Below, one piece after another: positions 7,495 through 16,962 of a stretch of 24,183 nt of DNA. The notes under the pieces were generated by a model that saw only the letters and a program-made list of their open reading frames with translations, was not told the origin of the DNA and made no database searches. The stretch's first letter is position 1; each line of letters begins with the position of its first letter. Source of the stretch: a virus (Duplodnaviria; Caudoviricetes); IMG/VR virus record IMGVR_UViG_3300020182_000190, positions 1 to 24,183 of that record. One strand, given 5' to 3'. A program made the translations under genes and the position numbers.

Positions 7495-9350
7495 TGGCAA
7501 TCAGAAGAGACATAAACTATATAAATAAAGATTTTGCTGAGTATAGAAATACACTAATAAACTACTCACAAACATATTTTCCAACAACATATACAGATTT
7601 TACTGAAACATCTCCAGGTATGATGTTTATTGAACAAGCTGCTTATGTAGGTGATGTTTTATCTTTTTACTTAGATAACCAAGTCCAAGAAACATACCTT
7701 CAGTATGCTAGACAGGATGATAATTTATATGATTTAGCTTATATGTACGGGTACAAACCTAAAGCAACAGGTTTAGCTACTACTTTAGTAGATTTTTATC
7801 AACAAGTACCTTCTAAACTATCAGGTAGTGCTTATGTGCCTGATTTTGATTATGCTTTATATGTAAACCAAAATACAGTTGTAAGTACAACAGCAGGAAG
7901 TCCTACATCGTTTACAACAGATGAACCTATTGATTTTTCAGTATCTAACTCTTTAGATCCCACAACAGTATCAGTAGCACAAGTTTCAGCCGGTAACCCT
8001 ACTTATTACTTACTAAAGAAAACTAGAAGAGCATTTAGTGGTGTTATTAATAACACATCAGTAACATTTGGTGCACCTGAAGAGTTTGCTACAACAGAGA
8101 TAAATGGAACTAATCTTGCAAATATTATTGATGTATTTGATTCAGATGGTAACCAATGGTATGAAGTAGATTATTTAGGTCAAGATGCAGTGTATACTGG
8201 ATTAAAAAATGTTAATACTAATGACCCTAATACTTATACAGATGCAGATACACCTTATATTTTACAAACAAAAAGAGTACAAACTAGATTTGCTACAAGA
8301 TTTTTAAATGCAAATACTTTACAGTTACAGTTTGGAGCAGGTTCACCAACAGAAACTACAGAAAATGTAATACCTAATCCTGATAATGTAGGTTTAGGTT
8401 TACCATTTGGACAAAGTAAGTTAACAACAGCTTATAGTCCTACTAACTTTGTATTTACTAACACTTATGGTATTGCACCTAGTAATACTACTTTAACTAT
8501 TAGGTATTATACTGGAGGTGGGGTTCAATCAAACATTCCATCTAATACATTAACTAATCCTACTACTAGTACTATTCAGTTTTTAAGAGGTGGATTAGAT
8601 CCAACAACAGCTCAATATGTATTTGATTCTATAGCTACAAATAATCCAATAGCTGCCTCTGGTGGTCAGGATGGAGATACAATAGAGGAAATAAGACAAA
8701 ACTCTATTTCTAACTTTCCAACACAACTTAGAAATGTAACATCTAATGATTATTTAATCAGAGCACTTAGTATGCCTCCTAAATATGGAGTTATTTCTAA
8801 AGCTTGGGCACAAAAACCTTTAGTAGAAGATATAAATGATGGTCCTAGCGCTACATTAGACATTTACCTATTATCATCAGATTTAAATGGTAAACTAACA
8901 ACGGCGTCACAAGCGTTAAAAGAAAATGTAAAAACATACATTAATCAATATAGAATGATTAGTGATACTATTAGTATCAAAAATGCCTTTGTAATAAACT
9001 TTAATGTTAATTTTGAAATAATTACCTTTCCTGATTATAATGGTAATCAAGTAATAGAGGAATGTATTTTAGCATTAAAAGATTATTTTTCTATAGATAA
9101 ATGGCAAATCAATCAACCTATTATTATATCAAATCTTTTTGTATTATTAGACCAAGTAGAGGGAGTACAAACTGTTAAACAAGTAAATCTAAATAATGTA
9201 GCAGGTACTTCTCAAGGTTATTCAAAATATGCTTATGATATGAATGGAGCTTTACAAAATGGAACAATATTTCCATCATTAGATCCAAGTATATTTGAAC
9301 TAAAATACCCAGATAATGATATCAAAGGAAGGGTTGTTACATTATTTTAA
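7494..9350 (+). CDS. Baseplate wedge subunit, T4 gp6/baseplate J-like
   Basis: DF..YR..LINY, AYVGDVLSFYLD, YGYKP, LQFG, GGQDGDTIEEIR, R.VT.NDY motifs; TAATG overlap with gp25. Confidence 0.88.
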   Translation: MAIRRDINYINKDFAEYRNTLINYSQTYFPTTYTDFTETSPGMMFIEQAAYVGDVLSFYLDNQVQETYLQYARQDDNLYDLAYMYGYKPKATGLATTLVDFYQQVPSKLSGSAYVPDFDYALYVNQNTVVSTTAGSPTSFTTDEPIDFSVSNSLDPTTVSVAQVSAGNPTYYLLKKTRRAFSGVINNTSVTFGAPEEFATTEINGTNLANIIDVFDSDGNQWYEVDYLGQDAVYTGLKNVNTNDPNTYTDADTPYILQTKRVQTRFATRFLNANTLQLQFGAGSPTETTENVIPNPDNVGLGLPFGQSKLTTAYSPTNFVFTNTYGIAPSNTTLTIRYYTGGGVQSNIPSNTLTNPTTSTIQFLRGGLDPTTAQYVFDSIATNNPIAASGGQDGDTIEEIRQNSISNFPTQLRNVTSNDYLIRALSMPPKYGVISKAWAQKPLVEDINDGPSATLDIYLLSSDLNGKLTTASQALKENVKTYINQYRMISDTISIKNAFVINFNVNFEIITFPDYNGNQVIEECILALKDYFSIDKWQINQPIIISNLFVLLDQVEGVQTVKQVNLNNVAGTSQGYSKYAYDMNGALQNGTIFPSLDPSIFELKYPDNDIKGRVVTLF

Positions 9351-9368
9351 ATAGAATATTTTAAAACT

Positions 9369-10847
9369 ATGGCAGTATATAAATTATTTCCAACACAGGA
9401 TGCATCTATTTATAGTGCACAACCTGCTATGAATACAGGGTTGGATCCTATACTAGAGGTATCAAATTTTGTAACTAATAACAATCCTATATCTAATGTA
9501 GCTAGATCATTAGTTAAATTTGACCAATTACAAATAAATAATGTAATACAAAATGTAGCATCTGTAACTAGTTCTCTTGACTTTACAGCTAGTCTAAAGC
9601 TATTCATTGCTAAGGCAGATAATGTTATTTTAGAATCTGAAGTTAATGTTTATCCTATTTCCGGTTCTTGGAATAACGGATCAGGTCAATATTTAGATCA
9701 AAAACAAAACACAACAGGTGTAAGTTGGGTATTTAGTGATTATTCAGGATCAAATAAATGGCCTATAGAAGGATTTTATGAAGATCTTACTACTGGTTCT
9801 TATTCTGGAAGTAATAATGAAGGAGGATGTAACTGGTGGACAGGATCAGGTGGGTATGATGGTATAGGAAGTTTAGAATCATCACAAATATTTAATCTTA
9901 GAAGTGATAAAGATTTAAATACAGAGGTAACTGATATTGTTAAAGTATGGTATTCTTCATCTAATGATCTTATTGGTAGTTTGACTCCTATAGCAAATGA
10001 AGGATTTATAATCAAATGGGAAGATTCAACAGAATTTGTAACTTCAAGTGCTGTAACTCCCCAACTAAGTTTTTATTCAGTAGATACAAATACTATATAT
10101 CCTCCTGAGTTAGACATAAAATGGAGAGATTTTACCTATAGTACTAGTAGTGGTGATTTAAAACATGGAAGAATATTAACTGGATCTTATCCAATAAATG
10201 AACTAACAAGTTCTATATCTTGTTCATTTACACAATCCCTACCTAATGATCCTACTTACGCAGGTATTGGTAGTGGAGCTACTTTTGGAGCTACTTTTAA
10301 TAGTGCTTCTATGTTAGATGTATATGTAAAAGAAATAGGATTAGGATATGTAGCAGGTGAAACTTTAACTTGGTCAATAGAGCAACTAAATGCTTTACCT
10401 AATATAGAAGGAGCTTTAACTCCTGCTGAAGTAACTTTATCAACATTTGATATTACACAATTGGAAACAGTTTCCACCCCAGATTTATTTGTTGCCTTAG
10501 ATGATAATCAAGGTATATTTTATAGTGAAAGTATTAATCAGTTTAGATTAAACTGTAGACCACAGTTCCCTATAAGAGTTTATACAACTGAATCTATTTA
10601 TACACAGAACCAAGCATTACCATCAGCATCATATTATGCTATAAAAGATTTGGAAACCAATGAGTTTGTCGTAGATTTCGACACACAAAATACACAAATA
10701 AGTTGTGATCCAACAGGTAGTTATTTTACTGTTTATATGAATGGTTTACAACCAGAAAGAAATTATCAAATATTAATACAAACAAATATAGATAATAATG
10801 TGATTGTAATGGATGAAAAATATTACTTTAAAGTAGTTAACGGGTAA
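9369..10847 (+). CDS. Virion structural protein with DNRLRE/CBM96-like N-terminal domain
   Basis: QDASIYS..PAMNTG...LEV, RSLVKFD, ASLKLF, VYPISGSW, FYS.D...PEL.I.W pattern. Confidence 0.55.
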   Translation: MAVYKLFPTQDASIYSAQPAMNTGLDPILEVSNFVTNNNPISNVARSLVKFDQLQINNVIQNVASVTSSLDFTASLKLFIAKADNVILESEVNVYPISGSWNNGSGQYLDQKQNTTGVSWVFSDYSGSNKWPIEGFYEDLTTGSYSGSNNEGGCNWWTGSGGYDGIGSLESSQIFNLRSDKDLNTEVTDIVKVWYSSSNDLIGSLTPIANEGFIIKWEDSTEFVTSSAVTPQLSFYSVDTNTIYPPELDIKWRDFTYSTSSGDLKHGRILTGSYPINELTSSISCSFTQSLPNDPTYAGIGSGATFGATFNSASMLDVYVKEIGLGYVAGETLTWSIEQLNALPNIEGALTPAEVTLSTFDITQLETVSTPDLFVALDDNQGIFYSESINQFRLNCRPQFPIRVYTTESIYTQNQALPSASYYAIKDLETNEFVVDFDTQNTQISCDPTGSYFTVYMNGLQPERNYQILIQTNIDNNVIVMDEKYYFKVVNG

Positions 10848-11312
10848 ATGGGAGATCAAAAAGTAGACCTTATTAAAAAAACATATTCTAAAACAGAATA
10901 TTCTAAAGTAATAGACACTAAGTTTAGTCAACTGGGTGTAGTTTCTTTAAATGAACAGATTGAAAATACAGTTACAGTAAATCAGTTTTTTGAATCTTAT
11001 AATAACTTATTTTATGATATACCTGCTTTAGGTGAAACTAACTCACATGAGTATTTAATAAAAACAAGTGGAGAATATATTAATTTTGATCAAGATAGTC
11101 AAGAAATAGAGGCTTTAAGAGCTGAAATAACTTCTTTAAGAAGAGATTTATTACAAGCTCAAGTAGAAAAAGCAGAAACACTTACTGGAGAAAAGATTGA
11201 TTTAGATGTAAATGCAATAGAAGATTCCTCTATAGCAGGAGACGATTTTGCTAAAATATCTCAAGAAGTTTCTTCACCAGCTGTAAACACAACTAATACA
11301 TCAGTAGTATAA
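10848..11312 (+). CDS. Hypothetical baseplate-module protein with coiled coil
   Basis: EIEALRAEITSLRRDLLQAQ; abuts the upstream gene and overlaps the downstream one by 1 nt. Confidence 0.7.
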   Translation: MGDQKVDLIKKTYSKTEYSKVIDTKFSQLGVVSLNEQIENTVTVNQFFESYNNLFYDIPALGETNSHEYLIKTSGEYINFDQDSQEIEALRAEITSLRRDLLQAQVEKAETLTGEKIDLDVNAIEDSSIAGDDFAKISQEVSSPAVNTTNTSVV

Positions 11313-14300
11313 TGACAGATAAAACACAAATAAACCAAGTTGATCCAACTACTTTTGAGTTTCAACAATATACTGAACAGGATAATGTTTTAATCTCTTC
11401 ATCTAGGTTAGATACTGCTTTTTCCTCATCTACTGATTATATAGAGTATTATGCATACGATGAAAATAAAAATCTAATATTTCCTTTACCCCCTACAAAA
11501 GCGGTTTCTGTAACTACTTTTAGTGTATTAGAGGGAGATACTATTTTGTACCCATCTAAGGATTTAGAGGAAATAGGATATGATTATGGTTCATATTTTT
11601 CAACTTATAACTTTTATAGAAAAAGATTAGCTTCTGATATTACTTTAAACTATTATATTAGTGAGATAAGTTCTGATAGAACAGAAGTAAGATTAAAAAG
11701 TAATACAATATCAGATGAGTTAATAGTATCTTCAAGTAATGATTTTATTCAATATAGAGAAGAGGCTGATTATTTTGTAGATTTTCTTCTTAACTTTGGT
11801 AATGATCAACAAGTTATATCTAATAACTTAAGATTAGACACTGAAACTGAAGTTGAACCCTCATTATTAGTTAAACTATATGAACCCTTACCTCCACAGT
11901 TTAGTTTAAAATCAACTTTGTGGGTTGTAGAGGAAGTATCTGTTTCACAAGCATATAATGTAGAATTCCCTGAGGTTGAGTTTGTACCTAATGATTTTCA
12001 GTTTATCAAAGGACCTAACTATAGTATAGAGGTAACTCAAGAAACAGGAGAAAGTACTCAAACTTTTAACTATAATGAGTTAGTAAATACTGATTTAACT
12101 AGTTCATTTTCACAGTTAAATAACTTATTAAAAAGAAAAGAAATCAATATTAGTGTTGATTATAGTGATTATAATAACTTCATATATTTCTCTTCAGCTA
12201 ATACAAGATTAGAAAACTTTTATTACAAAGCAGGATTAATAGAATCCTATAATAACTCTATAGAAGCCTTAGGTACAATAGGAGGTGGTACACCTTCATC
12301 CCTTGCTTATAGTGAAAGTAAAGCTACTTACATATCTAAGATTGATTATATTAAAAATAACTTTGATGGTTATGAATACTTTCTTTACTATAATAGTGGT
12401 TCATTATATTCTTACCCAAAATCTAATACAGAACCTCCTTATGTTTTATTTCCAACAGGAAGTACAGAAGTATTAACTTGGATTGGTAGTGCTGATCCTA
12501 ACAATGTAGAATATGGTGGTCAAGCATTATCAGCATCTAACTATGATGAAAATAATACTAACTATTTATATAATACAATACCAGAATATTTAAGAGACGA
12601 TTCAGCAAACAGAAACTATGAGTTATTTGTTGATATGGTTGCTCAACAATATGATAATGTTTGGTTATATACTAAAGATTTAACTAATAGATTTAATGCT
12701 GATAACAGGTTAGATTATGGTATTTCAAAAGATTTAGTAGCAGATGCTATTAGAAACTTTGGAATAAAACTATATTCTAACAACTTTAACTCAAATGATT
12801 TATTTACAGCTTTCTTAGGATTAACACCTTCTGGTAGTGCATTTCCTTTCCCGGACATGACCACCAGTTATCCCGCAGCTTCTGGGTTAGAACTGGTAGA
12901 TAATGAAATATCTGCCTCAAATGACATAGTTCCGTTAGACGATGTAAACAAGCGATTATATAAACGGATTTACCATAATCTACCTTATTTATTAAAAACT
13001 AAAGGTACAATAGCTGGTTTAAGAGCTTTAATAACCTCATATGGTATCCCAGATACAATATTAAGAGTAAATGAATATGGTGGTCAAGATAGACAAAACA
13101 ACCAAGATTGGGATTATGCACAAGATGAATTTAACTATGCTTATCATTTAGATGGTACAAATAATATAACTTCATCATTTGAGTTAAACCCTGATTTTAA
13201 CTCATTTAATAACCACCCTAAAGCATTACAACTTAGATTTAAATCTGCTGGTATCCCTTCATCCCCTACTTATTATAATATTTGGGTAGGAGATGTAGAC
13301 AGATCAGCAATAACTTTAGATTATCAAGGTACAGGTTTAGATAGTGGTGCTTATTCAGGATCAGTTCCTGCTTTAAATAAAGATTATGGAACACTAACAT
13401 TTTATCCTTTAGGATCAACTGATGTAGAAAATACAGCTAGTGTATCTTTACCTTTCTTTGATGAAGGATGGTGGTCAATACAGGTAAATGCTGATGAAAA
13501 TGGTGTTTCACCTAATATTACTTTATATGCCGCTAATATAATAAATGGAGAAATAGGATTCTTTGCCTCTTCTTCTATAACAACTAACACTCAGTTTTGG
13601 TCTACAGTTCAAAAATCGTCATTTCCTCTTATTGGGGGTATTAATTTAGATGGTAAATTTTACGAACCTATTACAGGTTCTTTACAAGAAATAAGATATT
13701 GGGATACTGCTTTAAGTGAAAGTGTATTTTTTGATTATACAATGAATCCAAGTTCTGCCCAAGGTAATACAATAAATTCTACTCCTGATAAGTTAGCATT
13801 TAGAGCAGATTTAGGTACTACATTAGATACTGGTAGTTCTACTTCTATTCATCCTAAAGTAACTGGAAGTTGGGAAATAACTCAATCTTTTGCTACTATA
13901 AGTACTTTTTATACTAGTAGTGATAGTTGGGTAGAAAATAAAGAAATAGTATACTTTAATCAGCAACCAGGAGGAATAAAGAATAAGATTACAGATAAAA
14001 TACAAATAACAAATGAAGTAGTTCCTGAGGGAGATACTTTATCTGCTTTTAGATCTATCCAACAAAATGTATTTATAAGTAGTAGTGAACATAGTATAGA
14101 TTATTTAGAAGTAGCTTTTTCACCTACTGATCAAGTAAATGATGATATTATAGCTCAAATAGGTGCATTTAATATAGGAGATTATATAGGAGATCCTAGA
14201 CAAGTATCAGAATCTAGCTATACTTACCCTGATTTAGATGCTTTAAGAGATGAATACTTTAAAAAATATATATCAAGTTATGATATAAATGATTTTATTA

Positions 14301-16927
14301 GATTAATAAAGTTCTTTGATAACTCATTATTTAAAATGATTAAGGATTTTACACCTGCTAATACAACTTTAACATCAGGTGTAGTAATAAAACAAAACTT
14401 ATTAGAAAGAAACAGACAAGCTCCTCCAGAAATGAAGATAGCTACAACTATGTCTGTATATTATACAGGTTCACCTGCTGATCCTTATTCAACTATAGTA
14501 CCTCAAGTACAAAAAGATTTATCATTATCAGGAACAGTAAGATCTTTACCAAGAGATTTTCAACTACCAAACTCATCAAGTTCATACCCTCAATATTCTA
14601 CAATAAGTGGTTCTTCTATTTATTTATATGAAGGAGGAACAGGAGGAGTATTTGATGAGTTTAATAACATAAATAATGCTCCTATAAGTCACTCAGGTGC
14701 ACCTTATAGTGGACAAACAGCAGTACAAGTATCTGCATCTAGATTTGCATCAATATACCCAGGGGTAGTACAAGAATTTTCAGAATCAGTTCAAACTCTT
14801 TTAGGTACACAGCTACCAAATCAACTATCTTTAACAACAGGATCAGGACAAGGACCTTATACAATACCTAGAATAGATCAAAGAGAGTTTTATAACGGTG
14901 AATTTCAACAAAGTGATTTTGCTGTTGGAATGAAGGATATTTGTAGTGCATTTTTCGGTCAAAACAACTATATAAATTATGAGTATTATATACAATACTT
15001 TAATAATCTAACTTTTACTGAAGGGAATTTTTTATTGTCAACTGAAATTCCACAAGCAGGAAATGCCTGGTTTTGGGCTGATACAGTTGCACCTGTAAAA
15101 GTTTCATCTACTACTTCATATCCTCTTTCTGCCATAGGTGGTGTAAGTTATTCTACAACTGGAACAGCTAATGGTAATTATGATATTACAGATTTTACAT
15201 ATACAGGTATAGGTAGTGGAGGTACTATTAGAATAGTAGTTTCAAGTAATCAAATAACTCAAGCATCTTTTCTCTTTGGAGGAGGTGGACAATATGGTAC
15301 GGGAGGTATATTCTCTTTTAGTGAAGCAGTATTAAATGCAGCAGGAATAACTACTACTTCTGGTCTTGGTATATCTGCTAGACCTAATTCTAATACTTTA
15401 ATTAGCCAACCTACTAATAAAGTTAAGTATATAAAAATATCTGATACAGACATTAGTGGAAATGCTATAATGCCTTATATAAAGGATAGTAGTTATATTA
15501 CTTTTAATCTTACTCAAGCCTTTGATTTTGAATTTGCTATTATTAGTGGTCCTCAAACATGGTACATCTCTAGCATTTCAGCACAAGATGATAATAATCC
15601 TGCGACTACAAATGCTCAACTATTAGAAATTTTTCAACCACCATCTTCTGATGTAGTAGGTTCTAATGATGCTAATTTTTACGATTTAACATTTTCAGCA
15701 AGTGGACAATTAAATTGGTTAGCAACTGCATCTGGAATGGATCCAAATGTAACACCTTCAATTAATTTAACTCAATCAGTTCCACAAGGATATTTCCCTC
15801 CAGTTCCCACTTTTCCAACTGAATCTTTTCTTAGAGGATGGGATGATGCTACATTTTTCATAGATGATAATGAAGGTAATGTTTATTACACTTCATCTGG
15901 TGATGGATTTAATACTGATGAAACTGGAAACTTTAATATAGGAAAAAAAGAAATAGATACTGATGTAACTAATATTACATCATATACTCCAAGTACATAT
16001 CCTTGGTTTATGAATGCTATAGAATCTACTACCCAAGTTTTAGTTAATTCATCAGAAGTAGGAAATGCAGGTCAAACTGATTTGCAGTTATACACTGGTT
16101 CAATAACAGCTTCAAGTGTTCCTATAGGTCCTGTTTGGGAAGTTTATAGTCCACCTGCAGCAATACCTGCTACTGGTTTAACCTTTAGTGACATTATTCA
16201 ATATAATTTATTTACTAATACTAATCAAGGTGGAAATGCTGCTAATACTATAATTAAATTAGCAGGTGCAGGAACTGTTAGCAGTTGGAATAAAGGTATG
16301 GTAATAGAACCTTTTGGGTGGGATACTACAACACCTGTTTTTGAATTTCAATTACCAGGTGAAAGCACTTGGAATCCTAGAGTTTATATTGCGGCAGGTA
16401 CTTCTATTACAGTTGGGCCCCAAAGTGTACCTAATAACTATTATGAAATAAAAGTAAGATTAACAGGAAATAGAGCTCCTTTTACAAATTTCTCTTGGAA
16501 TATAAGTTCAGATAATTATGCAACTAATACTCCTCCATTTGGTAAATTCAATGCACAATCAGTAGGTGCTAATCAATTTACTGGTGACCCAGGATTCCTT
16601 AGAGATGTTAATTCTTCATCCCAAAATTACTTGTATAAAATGTTTTGTATTAGTGATGGAACTAATTTCTACCCAATATTTTTTAATGGTAATCTTTCTA
16701 ATCCTACTAGTGCATTAATAACAAATACTTTAGAGGGTGCTCTTTATGAAACCCCAATTACAGCAACATTACGTAATCAAATGGCACAAACTTCCGGAAT
16801 AGGTAGCACACAAGCTAGGACTTTCACATGGTATTCAGTAGATTATAGTGGTCTTACACCAAATGATATATTTGCAGAAACACCTACAGAACCAGTATCA
16901 TGTTTATTATATTTATATAATATTTAA
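11312..16927 (+). CDS. Giant baseplate wedge protein (gp7/gpI-like motif) with LamG-like domain
   Basis: LPYLLKTKGTIAGLRALITSYG (gp7/gpI-type KGT motif); ITGSLQEIRYWDTALSE (LamG-type C-terminus); S/T/G-rich beta C-terminal part. Confidence 0.6.
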   Translation: MTDKTQINQVDPTTFEFQQYTEQDNVLISSSRLDTAFSSSTDYIEYYAYDENKNLIFPLPPTKAVSVTTFSVLEGDTILYPSKDLEEIGYDYGSYFSTYNFYRKRLASDITLNYYISEISSDRTEVRLKSNTISDELIVSSSNDFIQYREEADYFVDFLLNFGNDQQVISNNLRLDTETEVEPSLLVKLYEPLPPQFSLKSTLWVVEEVSVSQAYNVEFPEVEFVPNDFQFIKGPNYSIEVTQETGESTQTFNYNELVNTDLTSSFSQLNNLLKRKEINISVDYSDYNNFIYFSSANTRLENFYYKAGLIESYNNSIEALGTIGGGTPSSLAYSESKATYISKIDYIKNNFDGYEYFLYYNSGSLYSYPKSNTEPPYVLFPTGSTEVLTWIGSADPNNVEYGGQALSASNYDENNTNYLYNTIPEYLRDDSANRNYELFVDMVAQQYDNVWLYTKDLTNRFNADNRLDYGISKDLVADAIRNFGIKLYSNNFNSNDLFTAFLGLTPSGSAFPFPDMTTSYPAASGLELVDNEISASNDIVPLDDVNKRLYKRIYHNLPYLLKTKGTIAGLRALITSYGIPDTILRVNEYGGQDRQNNQDWDYAQDEFNYAYHLDGTNNITSSFELNPDFNSFNNHPKALQLRFKSAGIPSSPTYYNIWVGDVDRSAITLDYQGTGLDSGAYSGSVPALNKDYGTLTFYPLGSTDVENTASVSLPFFDEGWWSIQVNADENGVSPNITLYAANIINGEIGFFASSSITTNTQFWSTVQKSSFPLIGGINLDGKFYEPITGSLQEIRYWDTALSESVFFDYTMNPSSAQGNTINSTPDKLAFRADLGTTLDTGSSTSIHPKVTGSWEITQSFATISTFYTSSDSWVENKEIVYFNQQPGGIKNKITDKIQITNEVVPEGDTLSAFRSIQQNVFISSSEHSIDYLEVAFSPTDQVNDDIIAQIGAFNIGDYIGDPRQVSESSYTYPDLDALRDEYFKKYISSYDINDFIRLIKFFDNSLFKMIKDFTPANTTLTSGVVIKQNLLERNRQAPPEMKIATTMSVYYTGSPADPYSTIVPQVQKDLSLSGTVRSLPRDFQLPNSSSSYPQYSTISGSSIYLYEGGTGGVFDEFNNINNAPISHSGAPYSGQTAVQVSASRFASIYPGVVQEFSESVQTLLGTQLPNQLSLTTGSGQGPYTIPRIDQREFYNGEFQQSDFAVGMKDICSAFFGQNNYINYEYYIQYFNNLTFTEGNFLLSTEIPQAGNAWFWADTVAPVKVSSTTSYPLSAIGGVSYSTTGTANGNYDITDFTYTGIGSGGTIRIVVSSNQITQASFLFGGGGQYGTGGIFSFSEAVLNAAGITTTSGLGISARPNSNTLISQPTNKVKYIKISDTDISGNAIMPYIKDSSYITFNLTQAFDFEFAIISGPQTWYISSISAQDDNNPATTNAQLLEIFQPPSSDVVGSNDANFYDLTFSASGQLNWLATASGMDPNVTPSINLTQSVPQGYFPPVPTFPTESFLRGWDDATFFIDDNEGNVYYTSSGDGFNTDETGNFNIGKKEIDTDVTNITSYTPSTYPWFMNAIESTTQVLVNSSEVGNAGQTDLQLYTGSITASSVPIGPVWEVYSPPAAIPATGLTFSDIIQYNLFTNTNQGGNAANTIIKLAGAGTVSSWNKGMVIEPFGWDTTTPVFEFQLPGESTWNPRVYIAAGTSITVGPQSVPNNYYEIKVRLTGNRAPFTNFSWNISSDNYATNTPPFGKFNAQSVGANQFTGDPGFLRDVNSSSQNYLYKMFCISDGTNFYPIFFNGNLSNPTSALITNTLEGALYETPITATLRNQMAQTSGIGSTQARTFTWYSVDYSGLTPNDIFAETPTEPVSCLLYLYNI

Positions 16928-16953
16928 AAAAAAAATATTTATGTTATTTATTA
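16909..16953 (+). promoter_or_regulatory. Cluster of late-motif variants around an A10 run
   Basis: ATATTTATA 16909-16917, ATATTTATG 16935-16943, TATTTATTA 16945-16953, before ATG 16963. Confidence 0.4.
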
Positions 16954-16962
16954 CAATAGAGT

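Noticed and set aside
16920-16962. Programmed frameshift at TTTAAAAAAAAAA fusing the two giant ORFs
   Set aside because: The upstream ORF stops at TAA 16925-16927 before the A-run can be decoded, and TAG 16957-16959 blocks the downstream frame
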